Source: the human T2T-CHM13v2.0 reference genome, Homo sapiens
Length of the DNA stretch: 64,000 nt
NCBI RefSeq assembly: GCF_009914755.1
Contig: NC_060933.1
Strand: one strand, 5' to 3'
How positions within the stretch are numbered: the stretch's first letter is position 1; every line of letters starts with the position of its first letter. The position numbers and the translations under genes are program-made. Shown here one piece after another: positions 29,357 through 40,969 of the stretch. Below the pieces are notes generated by a model. The model was not told where the DNA came from and did not search any database. It saw only the letters and a list, made by a program, of their open reading frames with translations.

Positions 29357-31616
29357 AAATCAATGTGTCTTAATATCAATTACTCTGTGTCAACTTTTCT
29401 GGTATACAGTATGCCCCTTTCAATCTGAATATTCAGTTCTTTCATTTCAGGGGAAGATTTCTGTATTTTGTACCTTAATATCATTTTAAGTTCCATTTTT
29501 GGAACCCCTACTTTAGGGCTGTTAATAGTTGAGCTTATGGTAGCTTGTCTTTGTCCTATTACCTTCTCTCCAATTGCTTTAGTAGCTTTATCTTTTCCCA
29601 CGACATTTACTCTTAATATCTCAAGCCTTTCCTATTACTTTGATTTTTAACCTCTATTTAATGGTTAAAGCCTATTAATATCTATTATATTAATATTGAT
29701 TGTTTCTCTGTTTCTAGTTTATTACATCTTTAAAAATAAGATTTCAGTCCTCTTTTACTTGCTTCTCTAATATCCCTTTCATCTAATTCATTGTTTTATC
29801 ATCTTGCCTGAGTTCTTTGTTCTCCTGATTTCATGCTATTAAAAAGGCCTTCTATAAAAGGAAAGATTTGCCAGGACTCTGCTTTTATTCCTTTGGGTGT
29901 GTTTTCTTCTAGATCGGGGTCTTCATCGGTTGTTGTTTTCTTTTCATCATCTTTCTTGCTCCCTTCCTTCTTTCTCTCCCTCCTCCTTTCCTTTCTTCCA
30001 TCGTCTCTCCTTCCTGCCTCCATTTTGACTGTGGTCTTGGTGTCTAAAGGCCATGCCATTTCCTTTCCTCTTACTCCTCTCTGCCATGGCCCATGTTTAG
30101 CCGACCTCTCCTTGCCCTGGTGTGCAGGCCCTGGAGCCCCTTCCCATCTTGTCTGGGCCCATTTGTCTCCCCTGGAGCCTATGGTTTGCACGCTGGCTGT
30201 TGCTTTCAAACTGTGCCCACCTCTGCCCCCGTGACGTCTATGGCCTGAGGGTGCCTGGCTAGGGCTGCCTGCTGCCCTTGATGGGGCCTAAGTGCTGTCC
30301 CTCCTCTGAGGCCCTGTTAGACATCTTGTTCCAACTGGTGGGCGGGGCATAACCCATTCCTGTAGGCACTGGTTTGTCCCCGCCAACCCCTGTCCCATCC
30401 CCTGGAAGACACCAAGCCATGGCAGCTCTCCTTGCTTCTACTGAGGTCTCATGGAGGAACACAAGGTCTTCTCCTTACAAAGGCTTTTTCCCAGACTTTT
30501 CCTAAGCCTGCCTACGCACCCAGTAGTCCACTTCTCTTAGATGACAGGATATTGTGTTTCATGGACTCACCTTTTTGGGAATGGGGTTAGGAGACATACT
30601 ACTCACTCACTGCACCAGAATCTTCTGTTGTTTCTTTGCATGTCACATTTTAAGGTTTATAAAAAGGATTTCCTTGTTTGCTTGGACTTAGTGAGTTTGT
30701 AGTAGCGTTGTTGTTTTTGTTTGTTTTGGCTTGTGTTCATTTTATTAGAGGGAGGTGGGGTGGGGGGCTTCTGTGACGGTGTTACTTTGTCTCATTAACT
30801 CAGTGGTCCCCACCTTGCTTTGTCCATACCTCTCCCCTTGGACCGGCCCCTCTGGCAGCCCCAGCCCCCAGCACTTTCAAGTTCCTGGGATGAGACAAGG
30901 GCCCATAGAATTAGGCCTCAGCGCACAGTGGGTTTCAGTCCAAGGAAGAGAGGGAATAAGCAGGAAGCATTTCATGGAGACAGAGTCAGAGGGAACTCAA
31001 ATGCTTCTCAGGAGGGCATCTGGGCAGAAACACAGCATGAACCAAGGCATGGATGTAGGAGAGGATGGGAACAATTACTGGGGAGCAGGAGGAGTCCAGC
31101 TGGAGGAGTGCCAGCTGGAGAAGCCAGGGAGAGGCTGGAGTGGTGGGCAGGCAGGGTCCAGGCAGGGGCTGCCCTTGCTATGACCAAAGCACTTAGCTCT
31201 TGGGTCTGGAATCTCAGGGATACTAATGGTGGGCGGGGCAGGTGTAGTAGGGAAGCCTGGTTCCCATTTCTCCTCCCCATCCTCAGCCCCTCCCAGAGAC
31301 CTTCCTCTGAGTGCTACTCTCCCAGTGCCCCCTTGTCCTGGTAATGCCCAAGGTGTTCCTGCTGTCGTCCTGAGAGCCGCAGGTAAAGCCTCAGCCATGG
31401 CCACACCAGGCACACGCCATCACACACGAATGTAGCACATATGCATCCCTGGTCACCTAGCCACAGTAAAACAAACATGGTGCACAGCTGCATACCATCA
31501 CTGCCATTTGCACGTGACGGCTCAGTGACACATGCTGTTGTGGGCATACTTTGCACACAGCCCCACAGTCCGGCTCCTTCTCTGGGTCGGTTGCTTCTGA
31601 ATTTCCTGAGAACCTG

Positions 31617-31635
31617 TCCTGCCCCCTGGTGGCCA
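31617..31635 (-). promoter_or_regulatory. Candidate CTCF site (reverse)
   Basis: TGGCCACCAGGGGGCAG on -, near-consensus core. Confidence 0.65.
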
Positions 31636-31735
31636 TTCCCCAAGCCACTGCCCCTCTGGAAGGACCCCTTCTACCTCCTTCTTGCCTTCTGGCCTAGAAC
31701 AGGCTCTTCCCTCAAACTGGAACTATGAGACCAGG

Positions 31736-31890
31736 CCCCTCAGACATCCTCCAGACCAGTCTCCCCCATCGGACATCCTCCAGACCAGCCTCCCCCCATC
31801 AGACATCCTCCAGACCAGCCTCCTTGCTCAGACGTCCTCCAGACCACCCTCCCCCCTCAGAAGTCCTTCAGACCAGCCTCCCCACTCAGA
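31736..31890. repeat. ~30-bp minisatellite, about 5 degenerate copies
   Basis: tcagacatcctccagaccagcctccccc repeated; a ctcagac motif persists to about 32320. Confidence 0.9.
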
Positions 31891-32723
31891 CTGGTGCTGT
31901 CAGGCAAGGCCTTCCCAAACAGGGTGATCGACGTCCCAGTTTGCCTGGGACTGAGGGGTTTCCAGAGACTTGAGACATTCAGTGCTAAAACTGGGAAAGT
32001 TCAGGCAGACTAGAACTAGTTGGCGGTTCTAGTCTTTGGATCCATGTGCCTTCAGCTCAGTCTCCCCTCAGACTGGACCCACCAGACCGGGCCCTTTCAG
32101 ACACCCCTGGGTCAGCTTACCCCTCAGGCTGGCCCTTTCAAACGAAAGCTCTTCTGATGCGTGTCCCAGACCCGCTCTGGCTCAGGCTCACCCTGTCGCG
32201 TGGGCCCTCTCAGACCCACTCACCCTCAGATTGGCTTTCCCATCAGAGTGGCACTGTCAGGTCCCTTCCAGCCTCTCCCCAAACTGGCTTCATCTGATGC
32301 CCTTCCTCAGACCTCCTTCCTCTCCCCCTCCTCTGAGAAGAGGCAAGGTAGGGAGATTACATTCCAATCACTCCTGCCCCCAGGACCTTAGCCCTGCATC
32401 TCCAGGCAGGCACCGCCTTCCCAGAGTCCTGTGGCTCTGGGCTGTGGGCCTCAGGACCTGAAGACAGGCAGGTGCAGGATGCAGGACTGGGACTGGAGCC
32501 GGGGATTCTGTTCTCTCCACGTGAGAATGAACTTTCTCGGAGTTCCCTCCTACACAGGCAGTGAGCTCACAGGCTCCGGGGAGTTCTCAGGGCCGGAGGC
32601 TGCCCAGGAAGGATTCCTGCCTAGTGTCACCCTCTTTCCTGGCTGGCTGCTGGGAACGCACCAGATGTGGGATGTCTGTGCTGAGAGCTGCCAGCCTAGG
32701 AGCAGGAATGAAGGGCAGGCAGG

Positions 32724-32742
32724 CGGCCGAGAGGGGGCAGCA
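32724..32742 (+). promoter_or_regulatory. Candidate CTCF site (forward)
   Basis: CGGCCGAGAGGGGGCAGCA fits the core motif. Confidence 0.55.
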
Positions 32743-33223
32743 GAAGCCAGGACAGTCCCTGGCGCAGGCCGGAGAGAAGCTGCGGCCACAGGCTGGGGGT
32801 CTGGATAGGGGTGGGAACACAGAGGGAGGCAAAAAAGAGAAGGACTGATAGAGTCAGGGAAGAGGGAGACAGAGGTGGAGGCATGGATAGAGATATATAC
32901 AGAGAGACACAGAAATGGGGATGGAGACACATGAGACAGAGATGTAGAGAGAAACAGAGACAGAGATGGGGATGGAGACACAAGAGACAGAGGGAGAGGG
33001 AGAAGGCAGAAAAAGGGAAGACAGACAAGGAAGAACAGATGCGAAGACAAGCATGGAGAGGGATGAATATAGAAACGAGGGAAGAAGAGACAGGAGAAGA
33101 GACACAAGATGGAGACATACAGAGAGACAGGGATGGAACAGAGACATACAGAAAGAAATGCAGATAGGAACCAGGACAAAGACAGATTCAGAGATAGGAA
33201 TGGGACAGAAAGAGATAAATATA

Positions 33224-33528
33224 GGCTGGGCACAGTGGCTCACGCCTGTAATCTCAGCACTTTGGGAGGCCAAGGTGGGCGGATCACCTGAGGTCAGGAG
33301 TTTGGACCAGTCTGGCCAACATGGCAAAACCCCGTCTCTACTAAAAATACAAAAATTAGCCGGGCATGGTGGCGGGCGCCTGTAACCCAGCTACCCGGGA
33401 GGCTGAGGCAGGAGAATCGCTTGAACCTGGCAGGCAGCGGTTGCAGTGAGCCTAGATCTCACCATTGCACTCCAGCCTGGGAGACAGAGTGAGACTCCGT
33501 CTCAAAAAAAAAATAAATAAATAAATAA
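33224..33528 (+). mobile_element. Alu (AluS-like) next to a GA-rich low-complexity tract
   Basis: Full dimer, (taaa)n tail. Confidence 0.94.
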
Positions 33529-35979
33529 AGAAGAGACAAACAACATAGAAATGAGAATGGGTTCAGCAAGAAGAGAGGGGCAGGGTGCACAGAGACAGGT
33601 CTAGAGTTGTAAGAATGGAGCAGAGCCACACTGGAAGAGATCAAGTGGGCAGGGGGCTGATAGGCCAGGACACAGAGCGGGGCCCAGCCACAGTGTATTG
33701 TCGGGGAGCAAAGAGAAGTAGGGGGCTGGAAGGCTGGGCCCCTGTGCAATGCACCTGGGGTCTGGGATCCCAGCCTCCCCTTCCCCCCACGCCTCAGGGT
33801 TGTTTTAATTCTCCAGATTCTGTTTTAACTCCAATGACCGATGTCTGCACTTATGCCTGGCTCCCCAGAACCACCATGGGAACTGGATGTGAAGGGACAG
33901 TACTATAGAGAGGCAACAGTCAGCAACTGAGACCCTCCAAGGCAAACAGCCTCTGTGAGGCCAAGGGCCCAAGACCCACAAGGAAGGTGACCACCCGCAG
34001 GCCCAGGCCAGTTGTCTAGTCAGAGGCAATGATGCTGCCCCTCCAGCCACCCTGGGCTTGAGGCAGAGCAGGTTCTCTCTTAGGGCTGGGGGCAGAGAGA
34101 TAGAGGCCCCAGTCCTCCCCTCCATTGGCCTCTGAAGCTCCGGCAGGCCCCCTCTCCTCCTTCTGCCCCTTCCTCCTGAGGCCCCACGTAATTGCTTTCC
34201 CATGTTGCTAATGGAGGCCAGATTGTTGATGCCCAAGCTCGGTGGGCGGTGGGTAGGTCAGGGCTGACCAGGGCTCTCAAGGCAGAAAGGCAGCTCAGGC
34301 CAGAGACTCCTCACTTCATCCCACCCACCCCAAAGATGAAGGGTAGAAGTTCTGACACATCCCAGGAATGTTCTGGGGGAGACCGTTGGTGACCCCCTGT
34401 TATCTCTACTCATGCTGGACCTGGAGCCTAGGTTCAGGCTGAGCCACACCTCACAGGGACCAGACCCCCAGGCAGAACTCAGGGTTCAGGGTACAGAGCA
34501 GGTCCACAGCCACCTCTCAGGATATCCATCCTGGGAGCCTCTTCCTGTGAATGAAGAGCCCTGTGCTTCCATAGCTGGGGCTGTTCAGCTTGAAAAGCCA
34601 CAGGCTTCACCTTGACGCCAGGCCTTTGCTTTCAGGGGTCTCCCACCTAGAATACTCCTCTCTCTTCTAACCTGGAGAAGAGATGGCCATTTTACTGTGA
34701 AGCCCCTCACCAGGCCCCACCTCTGGGACTGTGTCTTGTCCAGGCCAGACTCATCGGTGCTTGAGGCACTGCCAATCCCCCTCCCAGGGCACGATCCCAA
34801 GGAGGCCTGGCGATCGCAGCAAGGGGTATCCATTTCCGGAGCCTAGTTGGAGGTGAAGGGTTTGAACTGGGAGAAAGTGTGTGATGGCATCAGGGTGGCT
34901 GGTGGCTCTGTAGCGGTGTAGTGCTCAGTGCCTGCCACGGGGAGTGTATCAGGAGGACACATCTGTGCACAGGTGGGTGTGGGTGTGGACCTGACTTTGA
35001 CTCCACCCACCTCTTCTTACTCCAGGAACCCAGAGAAAGGCCAAAACCTGGCTCCCCAGGTTGGAGCTCCGAACTCCCCTTTCACCCCCGCCCCCAGGTC
35101 ACATGGCCTGCCTACCTGGCCCCAGCCCTGGGCATTCCCAGCTGAGAAATGCCTGCTTATGCTCAGTAAGGCGGCTTCTATAAGTGGGGTCTGGACCTAA
35201 GCAGGCCTGGGACAGCCAAGTGTCCTCCTCTGAGGAGAAGTCAGAGGGATCCCGGAGCCCCAGTTTGGGGACTGGAAGGGTGTGGGCAGTATCTGAGGCT
35301 GGACCAAAGACTGACCATCCTGTAAAGCCAAAGCCCCACCCTCTCCAGCTCCACACTGAGTCCTGACTATAACCCAGCCCTGGGAGTAAGCCTTGTACTC
35401 TGTCATTCCAGTCCTGAAGCCCAGGTCCCGTCCCTGGTCACACTCCAAGCAGCCTCCTCCTTCAGGCAGCCCCCCTGCCTGCCTAGGCCCAGGACACTCT
35501 GTGCTCTGAGCCCTTGTGGCCTGGCTGAGCCCTAGGCCTGACCTTCTAGCACCCCTGGACTATCTCTTGGATGGCAGGGATCACGCACACCCCCTGGCCC
35601 CAAGGATGAAGCCTGCCCCTCCCCTTCTGCCATCATCCCTAGCCCTGTGCACTGGGCTCAGGCCTGAGCACTCATGGAAGGCAGTTCTAGAGGTGACCCT
35701 TGAAAGGCTTCTGCCCCAGCCAGGACTTCGGCAGCCTCCAGGACTGACTGGATACCCCCGTGGGATCCCTTATTTCCCACAGTTTTTCCCTGGCAGCAAC
35801 TCTGTGCTCCAGGAAAGCCCTACCCCCCAAGAAGTAGACAACACTGTTACCAGCTACACTGGCCTGAAAGCTGAACACCTCTCCCCACCTTCCCCAACCA
35901 CAATTTCTTTCCTCCGCCAGCCCTGGATGGGGTGGGGTCCTTGGAAGAGGGGTACCCTCCCAAAGTGGGTCTGTTCCAA

Positions 35980-36622
35980 GGACTCATGAAATGGTGACGT
36001 TTAATGAGAACCGCCCACTCCCCCCACCCTGTATATACATCTATAAAAAATTCAAATACAGCAAGTTACCATTGAGTCAGACTAGAAGGGACTGACAGGG
36101 CATTAAATACTGTGGGATAGGAGCAGGGTCAGGGGAGGGGTATACAAAACAGGGCAGAGGGGAGGGGACTGAAAATTGTGGGTGCTGGGGGGAGGGGGAT
36201 GGCTGGGCCCCCCCAGCATCAGGAGCTTATAATCTGATGGTGGCAACAGAGACCCTGGGATAGACAGGAGGCTGGGGCAGGAGGAGAAATCGGATGTGAG
36301 AGGCTCCCCTCACGTCCCCCAAGGGCTCCTGGGAGTCGCTGGCATTGGAGGGTCCAGCCCAAGGGGCCAGGGTGAGGGGGTCTTTGGTGGGTGGGTTAGC
36401 TGCATGGCCCACCTCCCCTGAGGGAGGAAGGAGGGCCAGCTTGGTGCGGCAGGGCTGGGGGGCGGCAGGCCCGGGCCCGCCGGGGTCTCCACAAATTGTG
36501 TCTGAAGAGAATGCAAAAGGTCCTCCTGCCCGTGTGCAAAATAGAAACCGGGGTCTGCAGGCTCAGCTCCGGCCTCCTGCTCCTCTGCAGGTGCTCTGCA
36601 TGTCCTCATGGGGTGCCGGGCT
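35980..36622 (-). other. CNTFR: CNTFR terminal exon: last base (A) of the stop codon plus 3'UTR
   Basis: Acceptor tctctacag|A at 36623/36622; ATTAAA on - at 36000-36005; 3' end approximate. Confidence 0.85.
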
Positions 36623-36711
36623 CTGTAGAGACAGGCAGGGGCCTGTCAGGGAGGGGGCTGGAGTGGGGGTTCCCTCAGGCTCCCTCTGCCACCCAGCCTC
36701 ACTCAACCTAC

Positions 36712-36880
36712 CAGATCAAGAGACTGCTGGCAGTGGCGGCAGCGGCAGCCAGGGCCAGAGTGATGGGGACGCTGACCAAGAAGGGTGCCGAGGGTCCCCC
36801 GCCGCTGCCCAGCTCCCCAGGGTCACAGATCTTCGTGGTAGGTGGGGGTGCCAGGGAGCTGGTGGTGCTGGTCGTGGTCT
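36712..36880 (-). CDS. CNTFR: CNTF receptor alpha, coding exon 7 (Thr/Ser stalk and GPI signal)
   Basis: ccccag|AG acceptor; ETTTSTTSSLAPPP...LALAAAAATASSLLI then TG|gtaggt; 169 nt. Confidence 0.95.
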
Positions 36881-37224
36881 CTGGGGAACATGGGGGAAAC
36901 TCAGGGCAAGGCCAGGGCTGGGTCCCATCCAGATCTGGGGGCTCATGAGACATACCATTCTGCTTCCTGCATCAGACTGGTACTGCCTCTCCCATCAGGC
37001 AGATCCTGTTTCCCAAGGCTCACAGATAACCCCTCCACCCAATGACCCCTACCAAGGATGTCCAGATAGCAAGGACCAGGAATGGCAGGAGTTGGACAGA
37101 CAGGCAGAAGTGTGGCTACCCCCGGGAGCAGAGGCTGGAGGCAGCAGGGTAGAACCAGGCCACAGGTTCTACCACAGGCCTCCAGGACAGCAAAGCCAGG
37201 AGGTAGGGGCGGGAGCAAGCTCAC

Positions 37225-37405
37225 CCGCAGCCTGGGCCTCCGTGGTGAGGTGTCGCGGTTCCTCAGTCCAGGGCGTAGCGTGGGCGGCTACGCTCCAGTC
37301 ACTCCATGTCCCAATCTCATTGTCCTTGGCTGCCACCTGGATAATGTACTCCTTCCCGGCGTAGGCATCTGTGATGGTGTGTGCTGTGCCGTCGGACAGC
37401 TCCAC
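37225..37405 (-). CDS. CNTFR: CNTFR coding exon 6 (FNIII, WSXWS motif WSDWS)
   Basis: ctgcag|GTG ... GCGG|gtgagc; VELSDGTAHTITDAYAGKEYIIQVAAKDNEIGTWSDWS...; 181 nt. Confidence 0.97.
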
Positions 37406-40400
37406 CTGCAGCCAGACCATGGGGTGGGGGTAAGGACACACCTGGGGGCCAGGAGGGTGAGGTCCCTCCAGAGGAAGTGAGCATGCCTCTGAGGAGAGGA
37501 GAGTAAAGGGCTCTGGGGGCAGTGAGGACTTCCCTGAGGAGAAGGAGGACATGGAGAATATTCTTGCCAGAGACTGGGGACATCTTAGGGAGGAGACTCC
37601 ACAGGAGGGGAGTTGTCCCTGAAGGAGAGTAATGACATCTTTAAGGAGACCAGAAACACCTCAGGGGAGAATAAGGAGGTCTTTGCCCTGTGCCTACAAC
37701 TCTGCTGTTGCCCCTGCTCTCTCACAGCCCCTAGCCCGGCTGAATCCCGACCACAGTCCCAGCCTGGAGGTGGCAAGGGCAGGGGGTGAGAGGAGATGGT
37801 AATGCTGTCCTCCTCTCCCACCAGGAAGCTACAGAGAGGGGAGGTTGACACACTGACTGGAGCTAGGCTACCTGAGTTCCAAATTTGGCCCCATCCCTTA
37901 GTAGTGAGGTGACCAAGTTACTTAACATCCTCATGCCTTGCCATCCTCATCTGTAAAACGGCATTCATGAGAGTATCCACCTCTTAGGGTTACAATGAGG
38001 ACCAAGGCATGAGGACAGCATCAAACACACTTCAGCTAGCACTGTCATTACCATGGCTTCTGGTCAGAGCCTGGGTTCCCAGATGCCCAAGGCACCTACC
38101 AGCCTGGCCCCAGCTGAGCCTCCCCTTAGGAAGGCCTCAGTGTGGTTATCACCCTGCTGGGGCGGAAAGGGGTGGGGGACAGCCCCTGGAGCTGCAGGGC
38201 GCAGGACAGCTGCTCCATTCCCTCCTGGAGGCATCGCCACCCCACTCTCGCCCCGCTGGCCCCATCCTGCTGGTCTCCCCCAACCCTCCAGGCCAGCCTG
38301 CCTGTCCGGCGCCCCTTCCAGGCCCAGGCTGGGCTCTGGTTCATCTCAGTGGCACCCGCTGCCTCATTAAGCCGCCTCGTAAACAGGGGCAGCCGGCAGG
38401 GGCGGAGGAGGGGGCCGCTCTGGGCCACGTCTGGCTTCAGGGCTTTTTTGGTCCCTGTTCCAACCTTCCCCCGAGAAAACTGGGGTCTGGCCTATCTGAC
38501 CTGACAGGCTGTGAGTGCATCCACACGTGTGTGTATGTGTCTGGGCATGTGCGGTGGGTCCAAGCGGGGCAGGAAGCCCCTCCAGTTCCTCCTCAGCCTG
38601 TGGCCCTGATACGGTGGTAAAGGTCAGGGTCATGGTGAGACACCTTTTGGGCCCAGACCCTGGGCTCAGTAAATCCTAATCTCAGCCCTGGAAGATCGGA
38701 GGGTCCCAAAGACCCTCTTCTCCTGGAGCCAGGGTCCCAGTTCCACCTCTGGCACCCCAGTCCCTTTCTGCTCGGCAAAGATACCCTCTGGCTGAGTAGC
38801 CACGGCTCCTTCGGCTCTGTCTCCCTCCTGCCAGGATTAGACCGCAGATCTCCACGTCAGTCTCTCCCCACAGGGAGGGAGCCACGGGGAACAGATCAAA
38901 TTGCCGCCTCATTGTGGGCTTATGGTGGGCACCATACCTCCAGGAATGTGGCCCCCAGGAGGTCAGTGCTCTCCTCGGGGCCACATATCCTAGACCAGGA
39001 TCCTTCTTGCTAGGTTATCAGTGATCCCTTCATCCTGCCTCTCAAGAGAAAGGCTTCTCAATTGGCAGGAACTCCCTAGTCACTGACATTGGCCTCCCCT
39101 GGGAGTCCTCCGTGGTCTGCTGGAGCAGATGCCAGACACGCCCTCCAGGCCATCGCAGGAGCTGCAGGGAACCCATGCTGGGTCCCAGTACTTGCCTCCC
39201 TCTTGTCCATGCTGAGACAGCCCCTGCCCAGGGCCCATTCTTTTGCAATTCCTGATCTGTATTTTCCTCCTGAAAATCCAAATGATGTTTTTCTTTGTTC
39301 TGCCCTTCTCGCCCCCTCCCAGTCATACACCTGCCTCTCCCCAAGGTCAAGGACTGGGGAGAATAGACTCTGTTCACAGCAAAACTTCAGCTGAAAAGAA
39401 CCATAAATCTAACCAACCCCAGTGCCAGTGAGTCACAGAATGGGGCTAGGATGCACTACAGGCCACGCATGTTCTCGCCACGGAGCCTGCACACTTTGCT
39501 TCTCCCACCTCAGTGTGGGGGTCAGTTTTGCGCATGGTCTCGGCATGTTAGCTGCACACACGTATGGTGTACGGTTCCCGCTGGGAGCCGCGTGCGTGTG
39601 CATGTTCCCGTGTGTGTGGTGGGCGGTGTGCCAGGTCCACTGCAAGGCGTGTGCGCCGCGACGCGCGGGGCTGCTGCCTGTAGCTCGTTAGCGGGGGAGG
39701 GGGGCTTGTGAAACTAGACCCTGGTTATTAGCAATGCATTAGGCGCGGGCAGCTGGCCAGGCGGGAGGGACTCCGGACTCTGTCAGGGAACATGTGAGTG
39801 CATGAGCAGGCTTTGTGGGGGACAGGCACCCAGGAATCGAATTACACACTTTAAAGGCCGGACTGGATAGGGGCATGAGGAGCTGGAGTTAGAGCCTGGT
39901 AGATGAGGTGGGGGTACAAGTTGACCCCCAGGAACCAGCCTGGGTTGTCCCATGGAGCACCCTCTCAACCCCACTCCTAGCCCACAGGCCTCATGGGTCA
40001 CACAGAGTGCCCACGACCCTATGGGCCCAGGGCCCTCAAAGCAAGAGAACCCGAAGTCTGCCCCAGACCTCTGGCTGTTCCCCAGAGCTCTCTATTGTAG
40101 CTTGATCCAGACCATAGTCTGACCCCATACTGACCCTTGTCCACTGCTTGGTTCCCAGCCAGGCTACCTTCCGACTCACAGCCTCAAGCTGACCCCTAAG
40201 CTGGGTCTGACTTTGGAGTCCTGATGCCAGTCAGGGCCTAAACTCACATGCTGGACCAGGCTTGACCCCACTGCCTGATCCTGACCCCTTGGGCCCATCT
40301 GTGAGCCCTTGAGGACAGGCACGTTCCTGTCCCTTGGGGCCAGCACAAGCCCAGAGCCTGGGCCAGAGTGTAAAGAGGGAGATGCCTGGTCAGGGCTGAG

Positions 40401-40434
40401 AGCGAGGTAAGGAAAGGGAGCCTTGCCTGTCCTG

Positions 40435-40547
40435 CCCGCCATCTCCCTCCCCCGCCATCTCCCTCCCCTGCCATCTCCCTCCCCCGCCATCTCCCTCCCC
40501 CACCATCTCCCTCCCCCGCCATCTCCCTCCCTCACCATCTCCCTCCC
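40435..40547. repeat. 16-bp minisatellite x7 (gccatctccctccccc)
   Basis: ccatct at 40439, 40455, 40471, 40487, 40503, 40519 and 40535. Confidence 0.95.
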
Positions 40548-40805
40548 TGCATTTCTCTCCACGACCCCAGGGAGCCACAGAAAGACATATGTGTTCCCGC
40601 TGCACTAACAGGGGTCACTGGGAACCCCTAAGGACACCTGCCTCAGCTCCATCCATTCTCCCAGGCCCACCTGTCCCTTTTCCCCGCAGAGAGCCTGATG
40701 CATCAGGTCTCACACTGGAGCTGCTGCCACGTGGGATATGGGTGCCACTCACTGCACATGATTCTAACTCAGGCACCCAGGATCTTGGCCGGGCAGGGCA
40801 CTCAC

Positions 40806-40969
40806 ATGCTGCCACTGGTCCAGGATGAGGGGTCGGTAGCGCAGAAAGAACTTGAGAGGAAAAGACTCAGGGTCAGGCCAGGTCGAGGGGGTCTGCCACG
40901 TCACCTCCAGCCGGCGAGGGTTGCTGGGCACTGGCCGGGCTACCACATTTTCTGGAGGATCAGGCTTCA
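40806..40969 (-). CDS. CNTFR: CNTFR coding exon 5
   Basis: gaacag|TG ... CAT|gtgagt; VKPDPPENVVARPVPSNPRRLEVTW...DQWQH; 164 nt. Confidence 0.97.

Noticed and set aside
32550-33385. Long hydrophobic or charged ORFs
   Set aside because: Translations of a GA/CT-rich low-complexity tract plus an Alu.
36345-37364. 339-aa + strand ORF antisense to the CNTFR 3' exons
   Set aside because: Non-ATG start, Gly/Pro/Ala-rich, no recognisable domain; explained by GC content and antisense overlap.
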